Numbered from the whole stretch's first letter, positions 1 to 13,444 are shown. The stretch is 63,559 nucleotides of DNA, filler included, from Choristocarpus tenellus KU-1152 (GCA_964200185.2; 9 parts of 9 records of this genome joined end to end with filler, not necessarily neighbours in it), one strand, 5' to 3'. A program made the numbers and translations. Notes: generated by a model from the sequence alone, not told the origin.

Positions 1-599
1 TGTTTTTTTTTTTTTTCCTTTTTTTCTTTTTTTTTTTTTTTTTTTTTTTTTTGCGAAGCCCGTGTGTGTGTGTGTGTGTTTTTTTTTTTTTCTGGGAGGA
101 CTGCCCCACTGAAGATGGGCTGTGCATGGGTGCTGGCTTGGTTCCAATGTGGGACCGTTCTCGCCCTCCTGCAGCTATGTGCTGTGTGTGTGTTCCTCGA
201 CAACGCTTAGAACTTGCAACTCCGCCTTCCTCCAAACGCCCTTGTCATCATCTATGGAAACCCTGTAAAGGCTTTTGGTTGGTTGGTGACCTCGAGACAA
301 CTTTAAATGTGAAGGGGAGGAAGAAGGGACGGCGCGCGAGCGAGTGTGTGTGTGTGTGTGTGAAAGATGTCGACGTGTTTAAAACTTTTGAAAGAGGACA
401 CTTTGTTAACATTTGTTGATGCAAAGGTTTTGACAGGCAACAGACAGGCGATGGGTGACTTCTGCACTTCTTTTTCTTCCAGTTTCTGTTTTTTTTTGTT
501 GTTGTACATCCCCTACACACCGACTGCGTCCCTCCTACTCGAATGTCAACGTGCTCTGTGGTGCTCTGTGGTGGGTTTGACCGTCCATGCTCTCCTTGT

Positions 600-637
<38 letters not shown>
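1..637. repeat. Microsatellite cluster: poly-T (1-52), (TG)n (~62-78, ~343-362), (AG)n (~602-637)
   Basis: Directly visible simple repeats. Confidence 0.9.
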
Positions 638-643
<6 letters not shown>

Positions 644-923
644 GGCTTAGTTTGGGGGTACAGGGAGTACTTAGCGGGTGGTCCACTGTGGAGAGATAGA
701 GAGAGAGTGGAAGGCGTTACCCTGAGAGAGGGACCTACCTGTCCAACCTGCCGTGACGATCGATGGCGATGGATGCGTTCCTCACCGGCTAAGCTGTCTC
801 CTCGGTGACCTTGATCTTCAGATCTATATATCTTCTTTTCTTTTTATTTGTTCTCCTTGATAAAGGAGAGAGTATCAACGGAGTCAACGGTGATGGGGTG
901 TGTTGACCCTGTTGTTCAAGGCT

Positions 924-1112
924 GACTCAGTGTATCTTGGGGGGGGGAGGGGGGGGGGGGGGGGTGCACCGAGGTGTCCGTTTGGGCCCTGACCAGGTGA
1001 AGTGCACTTACATTTTCCATCCGATGCATGCAACCAAGTAAAACAAAAATCGCGACATAAAACAATTGGCCCCAAATGGACAGTTGTCCCCCCCCCCCAG
1101 ATAGTTTGAGCC
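924..1112. mobile_element. MITE, family B (poly-G/poly-C subterminal tracts)
   Basis: Ends GACTCAGTGTATCTTGGGGG... and ...CCCCCAGATAGTTTGAGCC; inner inverted motifs GTCCGTTTGGG / CCCCAAATGGAC; GCT on both flanks. Confidence 0.8.
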
Positions 1113-1180
1113 GCTTGTATGTGTACATACTTACGTAATCTCCTTGAAGTGGACACTTTTCTCAGCCCACCGCTGGACAG

Positions 1181-1310
1181 CAAAGGTTGAGGGTTGGTTA
1201 TTATGATGGAATAGTCTGTATTGTGATTTAATTGATTAATTCAAAGGTTGAGGAGGGTTGGTTGTTACGGTGGAATAGTCTGTATTGTAATTTAATTAAT
1301 TAATTCAAAG
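1181..1310. repeat. ~62-bp tandem duplication
   Basis: CAAAGGTTGAGG...GGAATAGTCTGTATTGT...TTAATT occurs twice in tandem. Confidence 0.85.
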
Positions 1311-1814
1311 AGGACAAGGTGTTGAACAGTGTCGTCAAGGTACCTTCACAAAGAGGATGGCAACAACGCAACATGCTCTAGGCACTAGCACTAGCACTAA
1401 TATGGTGGCGACCTTTCAAAGGTACATGGAACATACCCAAGATGAACAAAGACCAGGCCGGCTCACTGAGAATTGGCTGATCATCTATCATGTTGGATGG
1501 ATCCAAGAGGGCAAGGAAAACTCTGGCACCCTTCGGGCTGAGAAGTACAAGTACATGCTACTGATTGCTCTACTAGAACTCTTGGACCTCCTTCTCAACT
1601 AACTCGCGAAAATGCTTCCCTGTGCCCCCCCACCCCCACCAGCCTTGGGGGAGGCGACTTATTGTGTTGATCGTTCGCTTGATATCCCCCAGCTTGAATC
1701 TCAGCTCTTTAAGAAAAGAGAAATGCGTGGAAAGGTGCGGGAATATTCCTCGTGGTGTGGGAAACTTCCCTGGGTCAAGGGCGGACAGGACACACTTGGC
1801 ACCTCTTCAGTTCG

Positions 1815-1850
1815 TACTTACTTGTACTTACTTGTACTTACTTGTACTTG
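1815..1850. repeat. 10-bp minisatellite (TACTTACTTG)x3.5
   Basis: Directly visible. Confidence 0.85.
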
Positions 1851-2134
1851 AGAGAGAGGGGGACGAACAGCGCTTCGCTAGTAATGTAACTGTTTGCTCT
1901 ATCTGTGTGACCCTTCATTCTTCAACTCCGATAGAGTGTGCAGTTGCAGCATTGTTGGGGTGCTGTTCCCCTTGAGAATGAATGCGCTATAGAACCGTCT
2001 CAGGCGTTTCTGGCTTTGGACCCGTGGGTCTCTTTTTTTGTTTTCCACTCTCACTTTTTAGACATTTTTTTTTTCTTTTTTCTCAAGGATGGTTGAAATG
2101 TCCAATCACATTCACAGAAGGTTGTGTGTGTGTG

Positions 2135-2171
<37 letters not shown>

Positions 2172-2779
2172 CCATCTGACCAATCACCTTATTTTATCAT
2201 CGTCCTCTCTAAATGGAAGGGTGTATCCATGAGGTGGATCGATGTCATGCTAGTGTAGGAGCCCCACCCTCACTGTCTTCTGAGCTCCCTGGACACACTC
2301 ATGGCTTATTATTATTAATATTAATATTATTATCATTGTTATTATCATTATTAATATCGATATTATTATTATTATTGTGCGGGCCTTTGCATGGTTGTTG
2401 TTGTGCTTGTGTTAGTTTTTTTTCGTTGACCTGTGTTTGTCCTTTCCTCCTTTGAACATAGTAACAGAAAAAAATGAAATAATAAAATAAAATGTTTCCA
2501 AATAGTCGGTCCCATTTATTTTAAAAACAAAAAAAAACAAAAAAAAACAGTGATAAAAATCAAATCGAAACTGATTCGATTTGATGGGATTCACAGCACC
2601 GCACCAGGGAGGATAAAAAAAACTATAAAATATACCAACCGCAAACTGCAAAAAAAATACATTTTTTTTTTTTTGTATAGCAAACGCTAACGGTCTAGCC
2701 GTGCATACTTCTTGCATAGAGAAGCTTACAAATAAAAAATATATGTAGGCGCAGACAGTTTTAAAAATTTTAGGGTGGA

Positions 2780-3014
2780 TCATTCCGTGATGTCCTCCGC
2801 GATGTCCTCCGTGATGTCCTCCGTGATGTCTCCTCTTAGCAACTCGTCAGCCGTACTCTCCTCTTCTGCAAAAAAAAGAAGAAAGGTTAAGAATCTCTCT
2901 CATGCATCACTTCAAAGCACGTCGCCTGTCTGCGTCGCAGTGCTGTGCGGCCTTTGCGTCCACCGGCGCGCTCCCCGCCCAAGGCGGCCCTGGGGTTGTA
3001 GACGGACAGTGCTC
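2780..3014 (-). CDS. Possible last two exons of an unknown gene ending in an (E/G)DIT-like 12-bp repeat
   Basis: Minus-strand polypyrimidine+CAG acceptors near 3015 and 2867; frame EESTADELLRGDITEDITEDIAEDITE* ; no homology recognised. Confidence 0.25.
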
Positions 3015-3033
3015 CTGCGAAGAAAAAGGTGGC

Positions 3034-3133
3034 NNNNNNNNNNNNNNNNNNNNNNNNNNNNNNNNNNNNNNNNNNNNTTAATTAATTAANNNNNNNNNNN
3101 NNNNNNNNNNNNNNNNNNNNNNNNNNNNNNNNN
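3034..3133. other. Artificial contig linker (44N-TTAATTAATTAA-44N); identical linkers at 6126-6225, 8985-9084, 11782-11881, 23930-24029, 32174-32273, 55538-55637, 60803-60902
   Basis: Eight identical 100-bp blocks; the 12-mer is palindromic and gives stop codons in all six frames, typical of a concatenation spacer. Confidence 0.97.
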
Positions 3134-3924
3134 CCCTCACAAACCACACCCCCCCCCAAGATACTTTGACCCTAGTTTAGATACCTGTTGTACCGTGACT
3201 AGAGTGTACCGCTTCTGTTTGTGCCTTGCTTCTCGCATGTTGGGTTCAGCCATCCTACCCTCTCGTCCCTCCGCGTTCTCTCCCAAATCTGTTGTACTTC
3301 CATCGAGGAATTGGATGATCAAAAGCAACAAAGAAGTATGGCACTCATAAAGTTGGAGTCCATGAACTTCATGCAGGAAGCAACTTCCTTCAACACCCAT
3401 CCACCAGGATAGGTTTTTCGTGGTGTATATCAGCTATCACAGTTTCCTTGCAATGCCACATTAACCAGGAAACTTATTTTGCTGGCGGTCACACACACGT
3501 ACCAGTTCTGTTGGTTAGTTGCTCTTATGCCCCATTGCGAACCGTTGGTAGGTGATTTGAGCTGTTGACTCTCCGTGTGATGGTGAATGCTGATGACTAG
3601 TAATAGTGGTTACTGCTAGTATCACACTTGTTTCAAGAGGAGGTGTGCGTGTCATGCAATGGTTAGAGTAGTTTGTGCCATTGTCAGTCAGTGTGACAGT
3701 GAATGGTGCAATTACTATTGTATTATTGAAGTACATTCAAAAAGAAAGAAGTATAGGGAAGCAACGCAGGACATGGAGCCAGTGGGTCTTTACAACAATC
3801 GGGTATGACATGAGAGGACCGGTCGAGAGAAGCAAGAACAGTTGATTGTGTTCAGTAGAACTTGTAACTGAAGGTCGACTGAAGAGGTCTATGGTCTGAA
3901 CGGTCAAAGGAAAAATAACCAATT

Positions 3925-4105
3925 GACTCAAAATATCTGGGGGGGGGGTGGTTGCCCTTTTGGGGCCAATTTTTTCCATGTCAAGATTTTTGCGTGATAT
4001 GGTTGCATACATCGGATGCATAATGTAAGTGCACACTTTTCCTGGTTATGGTCCAAATGGACACCCTGGTGTAGACCCCCCCACCTCACCCAGATATTTT
4101 GGGTC
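3925..4105. mobile_element. MITE, family B
   Basis: GACTCAAAATATCTGGGGG...CCCAGATATTTTGGGTC termini; interior is the reverse complement of the 924-1112 copy. Confidence 0.8.
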
Positions 4106-5099
4106 GATTATATCTACAGATTGATGACAAGGTAGATACGGTAAGGATTTTGGTCGTGGACAAGAATAGGATACTTCTTTCAGAGATATGAACAATAGCA
4201 TACACAGGCAACCAATTGAAGAGTGCCGGGGATCATCATCGTTACTTTAACATCTGTCCCTCAATCGCACCCCCAAAGTTCTCAAGGTAATTGTTAAAGG
4301 GGGGTAGGAAAATCCACAGGAGGAAGGGAATAGAGAGAGATAAGGCAGGGGGGTGAGCAATCCCCTAGAAGGTCACTCAGGGAAGAGCGAACAAGCAAAA
4401 AGTGAATGAGGGACTTTGCAAGGTACCCTTAAACCACCTGCTATTTACTTTAAATACATGTTAAGTTCAACATGCAACGGCAGATGTCTTATGAACAACA
4501 GACCTTAAAGTACATCTTCTCAAGGTAGGTCACCTTAAAGGCAGTTGGAAAATGGCTATCACACATGGTTGTTTCCAATGACCTCTTCCATTCCTCTCAG
4601 CTACCTGAAAGTTAGTTTGAGCTTGTCACTTGCACACCACCCTCTGGTAACACCCTATGTGGAGGGGCTGTCCAGACTTCTGAGGTAGGTTTTAGGAAAA
4701 TGGCTTTGTATCTAGGAGGTTATGTATATATGAAGCTGCCATGTTGTTGAGATAGGCAAGTACTCCCTCCTTTGCTTGGGTAGATCAACAACGTAGATCA
4801 ACAACAATGAAATCAGCAGAGTGGTTATTTCACATCCTGGGTCAGAGAAGGCATGAAAAGACAGGATATGCTTGAACATACTATCGTTTAGCTCTGCTTA
4901 AAATTTGATGCAAAACAAGACTGTAGGCCCTAAGAACTATTTACTTCTCTGCAATTTCAGGAAGGAGGTCATTCCTTCGGGCAAGGATCCATCCATCTAA
5001 TGTATACTACTGCTCTCTACCTACTCTCTTGGTTCTTGGGATTCCTTTTCAAGTCTTTATCACCCAACTGGTACTTCACTGTCTTATACAGTGCAAAGA

Positions 5100-5600
5100 G
5101 GCTCTGACAGATATCTGCCCATGGGTCGCAGCATCATACTCTTGATATGCCTTCATATCCTTGTTAGGGTCGTGATGTTCTCCGAGCGAATCCAGCTAGC
5201 CCTAGTCTCCAGTTATTGTAAACGTCCAAGGTCCAGGATGTTGAAATCTGGTGACTGTGCAAGTTGCTTGGTCGAGGATCTCCAGTAGCCTCTAGCAGAG
5301 AACCAAGCATCCACTGCTGGCTCGGCTGACGATGCTGCATGGGGCCTTGCTTTGTCATCTCGACCGAAAACGACATCCTGCTTGAACAACAGGCATCGGC
5401 GAGGCACAACACCTGGTAGGACCTCCTCCTTGAGTATTTTCTCGTAGAAATCACGGGTAATATCGACAGTCTTAGTCTCCATGGTAAACCACGGGCACAT
5501 TTCGAGAGTTTGTATGATTTGACCCCTATATCCGAGATGTACCTCTCTAACTTCCATATGGTGACATTGGTTAAGCCCATCTCCTCTACCTTATCCATTC
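5100..5600 (-). pseudogene. Decayed Tc1/mariner (IS630-Tc1-mariner, DD39D-like) transposase fragment
   Basis: Translation ...FYEKILKEEVLPG...DDKARPH...QLAQSPDFNILDLG matches the (QQ)DxAxPH...QPAxSPDxNxLDLG catalytic region; 40 residues between the last two Asp; frameshifts. Confidence 0.8.
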
Positions 5601-7185
5601 AAGTTCAAGGATTGCTTCAATTGCATCAAGGGTAACTTGTGAGAGTGATGTTGCCTGTTCCTTGTGAAGTATTAAGATACCACTGTTCCAGTAGAGAAGA
5701 CAGTGGAGGAGATATTTAGGGGAGCACAGTAAGGGTGGTAAATGTGTAGCATTTTCTTTAATATTTAAGAAATTTATGACGATACACTTTTGCACAAGGT
5801 CGCATTACTCCATTGAAAACAAGACTATACAGCAACACAGGCATACACATCGATCTATATGCATAATGCATGCATTTGTCCCAGAAACAAGGGGAGAACC
5901 TCAGGGGCCAGCCCGATCCCGCCTCGTTCACTGGCGTGATGTCTCCAGTTGATGTGGGAATGATGGTGTGAAAGTATGAAAATGCTACGGTTAATACAAT
6001 ATAATACACCAAAATTCAAACTGAGACAAGTGGTGGGAGGGGGTTGCACCACAAGCCTGAGATAATCAAGGTGGTGCGGTCGTCCAGCGTCTGCTGTGCC
6101 ACCATGGCTCATCTTGAAGGGGGGGNNNNNNNNNNNNNNNNNNNNNNNNNNNNNNNNNNNNNNNNNNNNTTAATTAATTAANNNNNNNNNNNNNNNNNNN
6201 NNNNNNNNNNNNNNNNNNNNNNNNNACTTTGTTCCGAAGATTTGTAGTGGTGATGTACTAGGGAGGTTTCGTATTGGACTTTGGCCCCCAACTGGACGCG
6301 ACTCTACCCTCTAAGATACTTTGGCTCATACCTTTGACCGAAAGGACTCACCTGCTACATCATACAGGCATCAGGAGTCAAACAGAATATCATACATGCA
6401 TTAGCAGTCAAACAGAACATCATACATGCATTTTTCTTCAGTATAGAAATGGGAGGTCAGGCATATAGTTGAAAAGGCCCTACTGACTCAAATGGGCTAA
6501 AACCTACCCCCTTCTAGGATACTTTGACTCTTTATGTTTGCAACAATTGCAAAATCAGCTCAGCTTATCCTTTTACTAATTTCCCCCTTACCTTCACGAC
6601 TAATAGTCTACTTTTATATTTGCAAAACATTGAACAAAAGCAAAATCAACACAGATTTTGTGATCGCCTCTCATTGGAGTGAAATTGATTTAGTCCAAAA
6701 CAAAAATGTAGTGCTTTGATGTAACTACAATCACTCAGTAAGGACAGCACAGTACCCTACGTATTGCACACATATGCTTTGTCTAAGCAACGGGATAAAA
6801 TTTGTAGTACAATCAAGTTTTGACCCAATCTGGTGCAAGAGTGAAATGTCCTCCACCTTTTCCATCTTGCTCTTCCTCGATTGGACTTGTCACTTTCTCA
6901 GGCAATGCTGAAGACTGCTCTACACATGGAGGACACCAGTTGCACTTGGAGGCATGGGCTCATCCCCTTTGCAGCAGATGCAGACAATAACATGATGGTG
7001 TGTGTGCGTGCATGCATCTCATACAAGGAAGGATCATGAATAGATCTACATTGAAACCATCACAATCCATCAACCCGTACATTTGAATTATGGAATTGAG
7101 ATGATGTCTTATAACTTCCCTTTGAGTATCTGAAAGGAACTATGATCGGGATATGACACCGGACAGTATTGATAGTTAAAATATT

Positions 7186-7284
7186 GACCCAAAGTATCTG
7201 GCGGGGGGGGGGGGGGGGGGGGGGGCGACACCGGGGGGGCCATNNNNNNNNNNAGTGATTGGGAAAAGAAGAGTAGTAGTGGGG

Positions 7285-7329
<45 letters not shown>

Positions 7330-7496
7330 CGGGGGGCTACACCAGGGTGTCCATTTGGTTGAAGGTCCAAAATCAGGAAAAGTGCATTTACATTATCCAT
7401 TCGCCGTATGCAACCAAATCACCCCAAAATCACAACATGAAAAAAATTATCCCCAAATGGACAGCCGCCACCCCCCCTCCCCAGATACTTTGAGCC
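7186..7496. mobile_element. MITE, family B (contains a 10-N gap and long poly-G)
   Basis: GACCCAAAGTATCTGGCGGGG...CCCCAGATACTTTGAGCC; ATT on both flanks. Confidence 0.8.
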
Positions 7497-7819
7497 ATTT
7501 TGAACTGCCAGCATTCATTCTACAAAATCTATGCAATATTCCCTCTCAGGTTTTAATAAGAATTGAGAACAAGATATTAATAAATGTTCTGCATAGTGTA
7601 GAATAATTTTCAAATGTTTCACTAGGCTGAGTGGGTGCTGGATCCATGACACTTCCTTCAAACTCAAGGAAATATGGAAAGAAAATATTAGCACCCCTCA
7701 GTGATTACATCACTGACCACTCCTGTACTCCACCTCAACTAAACGTTTGTCCATTCTCTGGAGAGCCTCAAAAACAAGTCAACCCATGGCAAGTATTAAT
7801 GAATATACGGCAAGATTAG

Positions 7820-8720
7820 AACAACATTTTGTTCTTGCGAAATATGTTGGTGGAGGTGCTACATACGTAAACTAGGAATATTAGTCAAGACCCTTCAGAC
7901 CCGCAAGGATACAGAAGGTAGTGAGCTTGTGTGCTACTGCTCATAATTTACACACCATTTGTTGAGAACTGTTGCAACAACCTTTCGCCACAGCTAACGA
8001 CAAGTTATCAGTTGGTGCACCCACAGCAACTTCAATGCCAATCTTGACCACTCCACCGACTCTACTGCAGGTCGTGGATGCTGGAGCAAGGGGAGGACCA
8101 GTGTTTGAGTGGGAGCCAGAAGACGACGGGGAAGGGGACCAGGTTTCATCAACGTTCTCTGGCTTCCTTGAGGATTTTCGTGACCAGCTTCTCTCTGGTC
8201 ACTTCGAGTTTGTGGAGGGCCTAGGGGTGGTGGAGAGGCTTGGTGGAGCAGTGGGCGGGGGTTCCCCTCCCCACGGTAGAAAGTAGAGAGATAGATATCT
8301 TGATTGTTAATCGTGCCTGCAAGGAAGGCAGGTATAAAGGGGATGGATGACGATCTCTAGTCAACTGAAACTTAGACTATGAGCAGACATGGAAAGGGGA
8401 CCCTCCTCTACTTCGAGCCTGTTATTCCCTTTTATTCTTAAAATAGGGTTGGTGAACAGCAACTCTGTACACCACCAGTGAAATGAACAAGGTTCTTTTC
8501 TGGGCTGCAGGTTAAGCCCGGTAAAATGCCCTTCCACCAACTCAAAAATGGAGGGTTGGTGGGATCGTATATTGGATGGGGATAGAAAGGTTATCGCTCT
8601 CCAAGAATTGCGAATGGTCTCCTGCATTGTTGGATGTACTGAGTTGCACACCCATCATAACCAATCCCGATTTAGTTCACTGGTATGCATACCGCAGTAT
8701 GTCATATTCCATACCAACTA
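7820..8720 (-). mobile_element. Decayed retroelement fragment, possibly DIRS-like RNase H region
   Basis: Broken frame ...PTDNLSLAVAKGCCNSSQQMVCKL*AVAHKLTTFCILAG resembles the DN..xx.KG..S region of DIRS RNase H; many stops. Confidence 0.25.
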
Positions 8721-9866
8721 TTGAGAGTCTCTAAGATAGGAGCGAGAGGAGAAGAACACACCCTAAACATTGGAGGTTGGGGTTCTTGAGTATTTTAACA
8801 AGCTGATAGGTTCAAAGGGCTTGTGAACAGGTGTGGTTGGTCAGCTGTAATTGATAGTCACGTGCAGTATGGTAGCACAATAAATTAATGTCGTCTCATT
8901 GGTCAACATTAATCATTTAACCTTTGAGCTTCCTGGACAACTTCCCCCAGCCCCCCCCCCTCCTTTGGTGACACCGTACCACTTNNNNNNNNNNNNNNNN
9001 NNNNNNNNNNNNNNNNNNNNNNNNNNNNTTAATTAATTAANNNNNNNNNNNNNNNNNNNNNNNNNNNNNNNNNNNNNNNNNNNNCAGTACAAGCTGGTAG
9101 TGATGTGTATCATATCAACAGGAAACAAATGAGTAGCCTATGTTTTAACAGTCGATGGTACTCCCAGTAATCCTCGATTTCTCCTGCTCCCCAGACCGCA
9201 AGTTTCCTCCAGGAACAAGACTGGGAAGCAAGAAGAGTGTTGGATGTGTGTATGTTAAGATGCTCCCCATTGAGCATTGTGATTATGGATTCAGATGTGT
9301 AACCTACAGTGCAATACAGCAGGAGCTCAAGCAACATCTACCGTCATCCTCACGTCAGCCAGAGGGAGATGTACTCGTTGGTGACAATCTTCTGCGTCTT
9401 AGTCCATCTGGACCATATCGAAGTGTTCGAACGTAGGAATGTCTTCGGAATGGCCTTCTTCCCGGTTTCCAATGTTGTCTGCACCAACACCTCCTTCCGT
9501 AAGATTAAGGGGGGGTAAAGTCTGGGGATTTCTCTCCTAATCACTTCAAGAATCCAGGGACCGCCACTTCCATGTATGCTTGCGTTGTCAAGGCATGTCT
9601 CGCATTCCGTGAAACTGTGCTTCTGGATTCCTTCGCGGATCTTGCCGCAGTCATCTTTGAACCACACGTGTTCTTCGGTCTCCTGAGTACCCAGGACACT
9701 AAAGCATTCAAGTCGAAGCCTATGCTCGTGACCGCATCCTCGCAAGGCATGATTCAGTGTTCCAAGAATCTTGTATTGCTATTGACTCTCCAGTGGAGTA
9801 GTATGATGTTGACAGTGGGAGGTCATTGCATCGGTATAATCGAAATGAAATCTGTAGTATATAACT

Positions 9867-10096
9867 CACAACAACCACGTATGTCGGATTCTCTTTTTCC
9901 CGTTCAAATCTTCAGTGAAAAGCAAAACCAAACGACAAAAAAAAACGTGCGAGTAAAAAGTCCAGGTTGCAGTGGAGTAGTGTGATGGTGATAGTGGAGG
10001 ATCACAACAACCACGTATGTGGAGTTCTCTTTTTCCCGTTCAGATTTTCAGTGAAAAGCAAAACCGAACGACAAAAAAAAAACGTGCATGTGAAAA
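9867..10096. repeat. ~85-bp direct repeat pair upstream of the kinase start
   Basis: CACAACAACCACGTATGT...TCTCTTTTTCCCGTTCA...CAGTGAAAAGCAAAACC...ACGACAAAAAAAAACGTGC at ~9867 and ~10003. Confidence 0.85.
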
Positions 10097-10225
10097 GAGC
10101 CTTACATATAGAGAGGTACATCGATCGTATTAAATTCCATTAAAAAAAAATCGAGGTTATACTGGTCGGATCTACCTCTACCCCAATTCACTCTACTTCC
10201 TCTCCCCAACCTGGTTCATCCCTCA

Positions 10226-11478
10226 ATGAGTTCACCCTCTGAGGGTCAGAGTGAAGGGCCGAGTGTTCTGCAACGCTTCTTTAACTTTGATTCAAGGTCA
10301 GTTTGGTGGCTGAACTTGCTTGTCCTGTCGACGACCCGGAGCATTATTGAAGTATTTTCTTGGTCGTGATGATGGGTTACAACACTCCGATTCTCTTTGC
10401 TGGATTATCCACTGGAGCGATGTTCTACAGCATTATGTTTTTACTGTTGTTAGCGTGTAGGAGTTTTGTCGTTTATTCTCAATCACACTCTTGATATCAT
10501 GCCTTCATCGTGGAATGGTTTGACTCCACATTGATCAGATTGGAAGATGACTATGAATTGGGGAAAGAGCTTGGACGAGGGGCTTTCTCAGTGGTGTGGG
10601 AAGGGAAGCATAAGGCGTCAGGGGAAAAGGTGAGAATTAAAGACAGATGGACAACTCCTCTGCAACAACATGTACACTTTGGTCACAGATTGCGTAAGCG
10701 ACAGCAGGAACGCTTTGGATAGTGTCAGAACAACAATAACAAATTTAGTTGGCAATTTCACTTTGGGGTGAATTGCCCGTGGGGAGTCCTGGGTTCGGTG
10801 ATGCGTGAAGCTTAAGTGCACATGGAAGAAGAAAGAAACCGTTCGTTGGTATGAGTGTAGAACCGTCTTGCTTGTTTATATATGCTATGCACAATGGGTG
10901 TCGATCGGTATGTACACGTAAATTTTGCAACAAGATACTACATGTCTTTTTATCTCGGCCTAAGGCTGTATGTGTTGTGTCGTAGCATATCCAACTGTAG
11001 ATCCGATGGAGGTGTCGACTAAAGGTGCAATCCTTGTTCGCACGGCGTATGTTTGGAGTTGTCCAACCAATCAAGACTTGTTCCAACCCGTATTTGGCGA
11101 CAATTAAATCTCTCAGACTTCTCCACTCTCCTTCCACGCCTCTCCCCCGCCTCCCCACCCTCACTCACGCTCCCACCCACCCACCAACCTATTCTTGTGA
11201 TTGGAAGTATGATGGCATCGTAGAGGACTGCCTGCCCAGGAGTTGTGACTCCAAACCCTTTTTGATGCTGATTAATATACTGCCGAATATATTTTCTCCC
11301 CCCTGATGCCATACATGTACATGGCGTGAAAAAGCGTCTGATGTTGCAATATTTGGACATTCACTGTTCTTTGTGTGTTTTCTTGTTGAAGGTGGCGATC
11401 AAAGTGATTCCAGCTTACAAATACATGACCAACAAGCGGACTGAGATGTCACTGTTCAGGGAGCTCGAAGCCATGGAG
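10226..11478 (+). CDS. Ser/Thr protein kinase, CaMK/CDPK-like, 5' part (exons 10226-10296, 10539-10629, 11392-11478); truncated by contig end
   Basis: Spliced frame MSSPSEG...FDSR|LEDDYELGKELGRGAFSVVWEGKHKASGEK|VAIKVIPAYKYMTNKRTEMSLFRELEAME has the Gly loop, VAIK Lys and helix-C Glu; all GT-AG with consistent phases. Confidence 0.9.
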
Positions 11479-12950
11479 GTTGGTTGAGCCTCCTTTCCTC
11501 TCCAACCCCCCTGCCCTCCAAAGTCCGTATTGGTCCTTTGATGGTAGTAGACTTTGCTTTGAGAACAGGGAATGAACTGATACTTTTGTTTTTGCAATAT
11601 TTTATACATTTCTTATTTGCCTCATTTTTTTCCAGTGCCCCGACTTCTTGTTTGCATTACTAGGAGGAAGCACTTAATGTACTCAAAGGCTCTTACAGGC
11701 AGGGCAACATCGTCAAAGAATTGGTTGATCTTGCTTTAAAATTTTTCGGTGTGCACAACCCTAACCCCAACCCTTCCATTGNNNNNNNNNNNNNNNNNNN
11801 NNNNNNNNNNNNNNNNNNNNNNNNNTTAATTAATTAANNNNNNNNNNNNNNNNNNNNNNNNNNNNNNNNNNNNNNNNNNNNCCCGATGGACAGCCACCAC
11901 CCCCCCTCAGATACGTTGAGCCATTCCGAACTTCTGTATGACGATATCTCTCAGTGACTCTAAATGGAGTTATTGCAACCACAATACTTGAAGCATTTGG
12001 TTACCTCTAGTCACCCCTCACTGCATTGCTTAACCAATGATTTCTCATGGTCTACAGGTCCTGAGGATCCCGTTGAGAAGTAGTGATTTGTGATCAGACA
12101 ATATTTGGCCTAAACTTTTTGATAGTGTAAATCATGGAAAGGCTAACTATCTATATCTCAAAACCTTCCTCTATAAAAAAATCGCAATAAACCACTCTAA
12201 ATAGGACAGAGGGTTGGGCTTAGCGCCCTTCAAAAATACTTCAAAGAAGCTGTAGCAGAAAAATGTACAGTGTGAATAGCACTTCAGAACCCATGTGTTG
12301 CAGAGAACTGGAGTGAAAGTCTGTGTGCAAGCCCTCTCACATGCGCAATATCCTGGGTTTGAGTCCTATACATGAACCAATATTCCAAACATTTGCATAT
12401 TTGTGTTTATCACTTATTAAATTATAGAACTTGGGTTTTGACCTCTCTTCTTCTGAAAAAAAACGCCGCACGTAACGTGCAACAGTAACTGCGCCCCCAT
12501 CAAGGACCCAAATCAAAGGAAAACGAAAAAAGTGATTTGCTATTGTATCCAAGTTTTTTTTTTCCATATTTTCTCCTACGTCAGCAAAATATAAATAGAT
12601 GTTTTATTTGAAGTATTAATAATAAGTTCAAAGGTCCTCAATGAAAATCTCACACAGTGCAGAGATGGTTCAACAATTACTAGAAAGTAACAGCTGTCTG
12701 TTTGCACAAAGAATTTCCTCCAAGATGTTGCCATTGTGATTGAGGCAGTATCAACAACACCATCAGAATTCTGACAGTACAGCAGTTTTGCAACAATTCC
12801 TCCGATTTCTCATAGGAGGATAATAGTTGGTGCTGTTAAAATGTCCTCCTGCGTCCACACATGACCCCTCTCCCATCTTCCCTTGTTCCCCCTCCCCCTC
12901 TGATCCACCACACCTACGTTCATATTATCTTTGCGATCACACTTCGCCAG

Positions 12951-13444
12951 GTACTACATTAAAAAATTGGACCATAATCACACTGAAGAGATACGAAAGA
13001 ACAGCTATCTTGGAAGCACAGTTTCTGGAAATGGAAACACTTCAGGGTTCCAATACATGGACAAGAAGACCCTGCATACCTTCTCCCAAAGGCCAGGTTC
13101 AGAACTAGGGAAGGAATATGAGAGTCGGTGGGAGGTAGGGCCAACAGCAAGTACAAGCAAGAGACTGGGGGAGTTGAGAGGTGGTAAGTGGACATTTGTC
13201 CCTCCAACACCATTGCAGTTCTCCACGACCCTCAAAACAGTCACCCCAGGTCCTTGCTTAGGGTTAGGGAGAGGTGATGGGCCACCATCCTCGGCAACAG
13301 CTTCATTCTCTTCAGATGCAGTATCAGAGCGGCAGACTGATCTAAACAGGGTAAGAGTAAGTGGTCAGGCAGAAGAGAAAGAGATCCGCCAAGCCCTTGG
13401 CAGTAAAGAACCCAACCTCTTTCCTGAGATAATTGCTGGGACAG
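12951..13444 (+). CDS. Possible internal exon of an unknown low-complexity protein
   Basis: 178-aa open frame preceded by a pyrimidine tract and CAG, with GT donor near 13445; no recognisable domain. Confidence 0.3.

Noticed and set aside
51-808. ORFs containing CVCVCV, RERERE or FFFF runs
   Set aside because: Products of microsatellites.
7176-7400. Poly-Pro ORF as a formin FH1 or extensin
   Set aside because: It is the translation of MITE poly-G tracts and spans an N gap.
11759-11776. Telomere (CCCTAACCCCAACCC) at a contig end
   Set aside because: Only about two degenerate units, inside a kinase intron.
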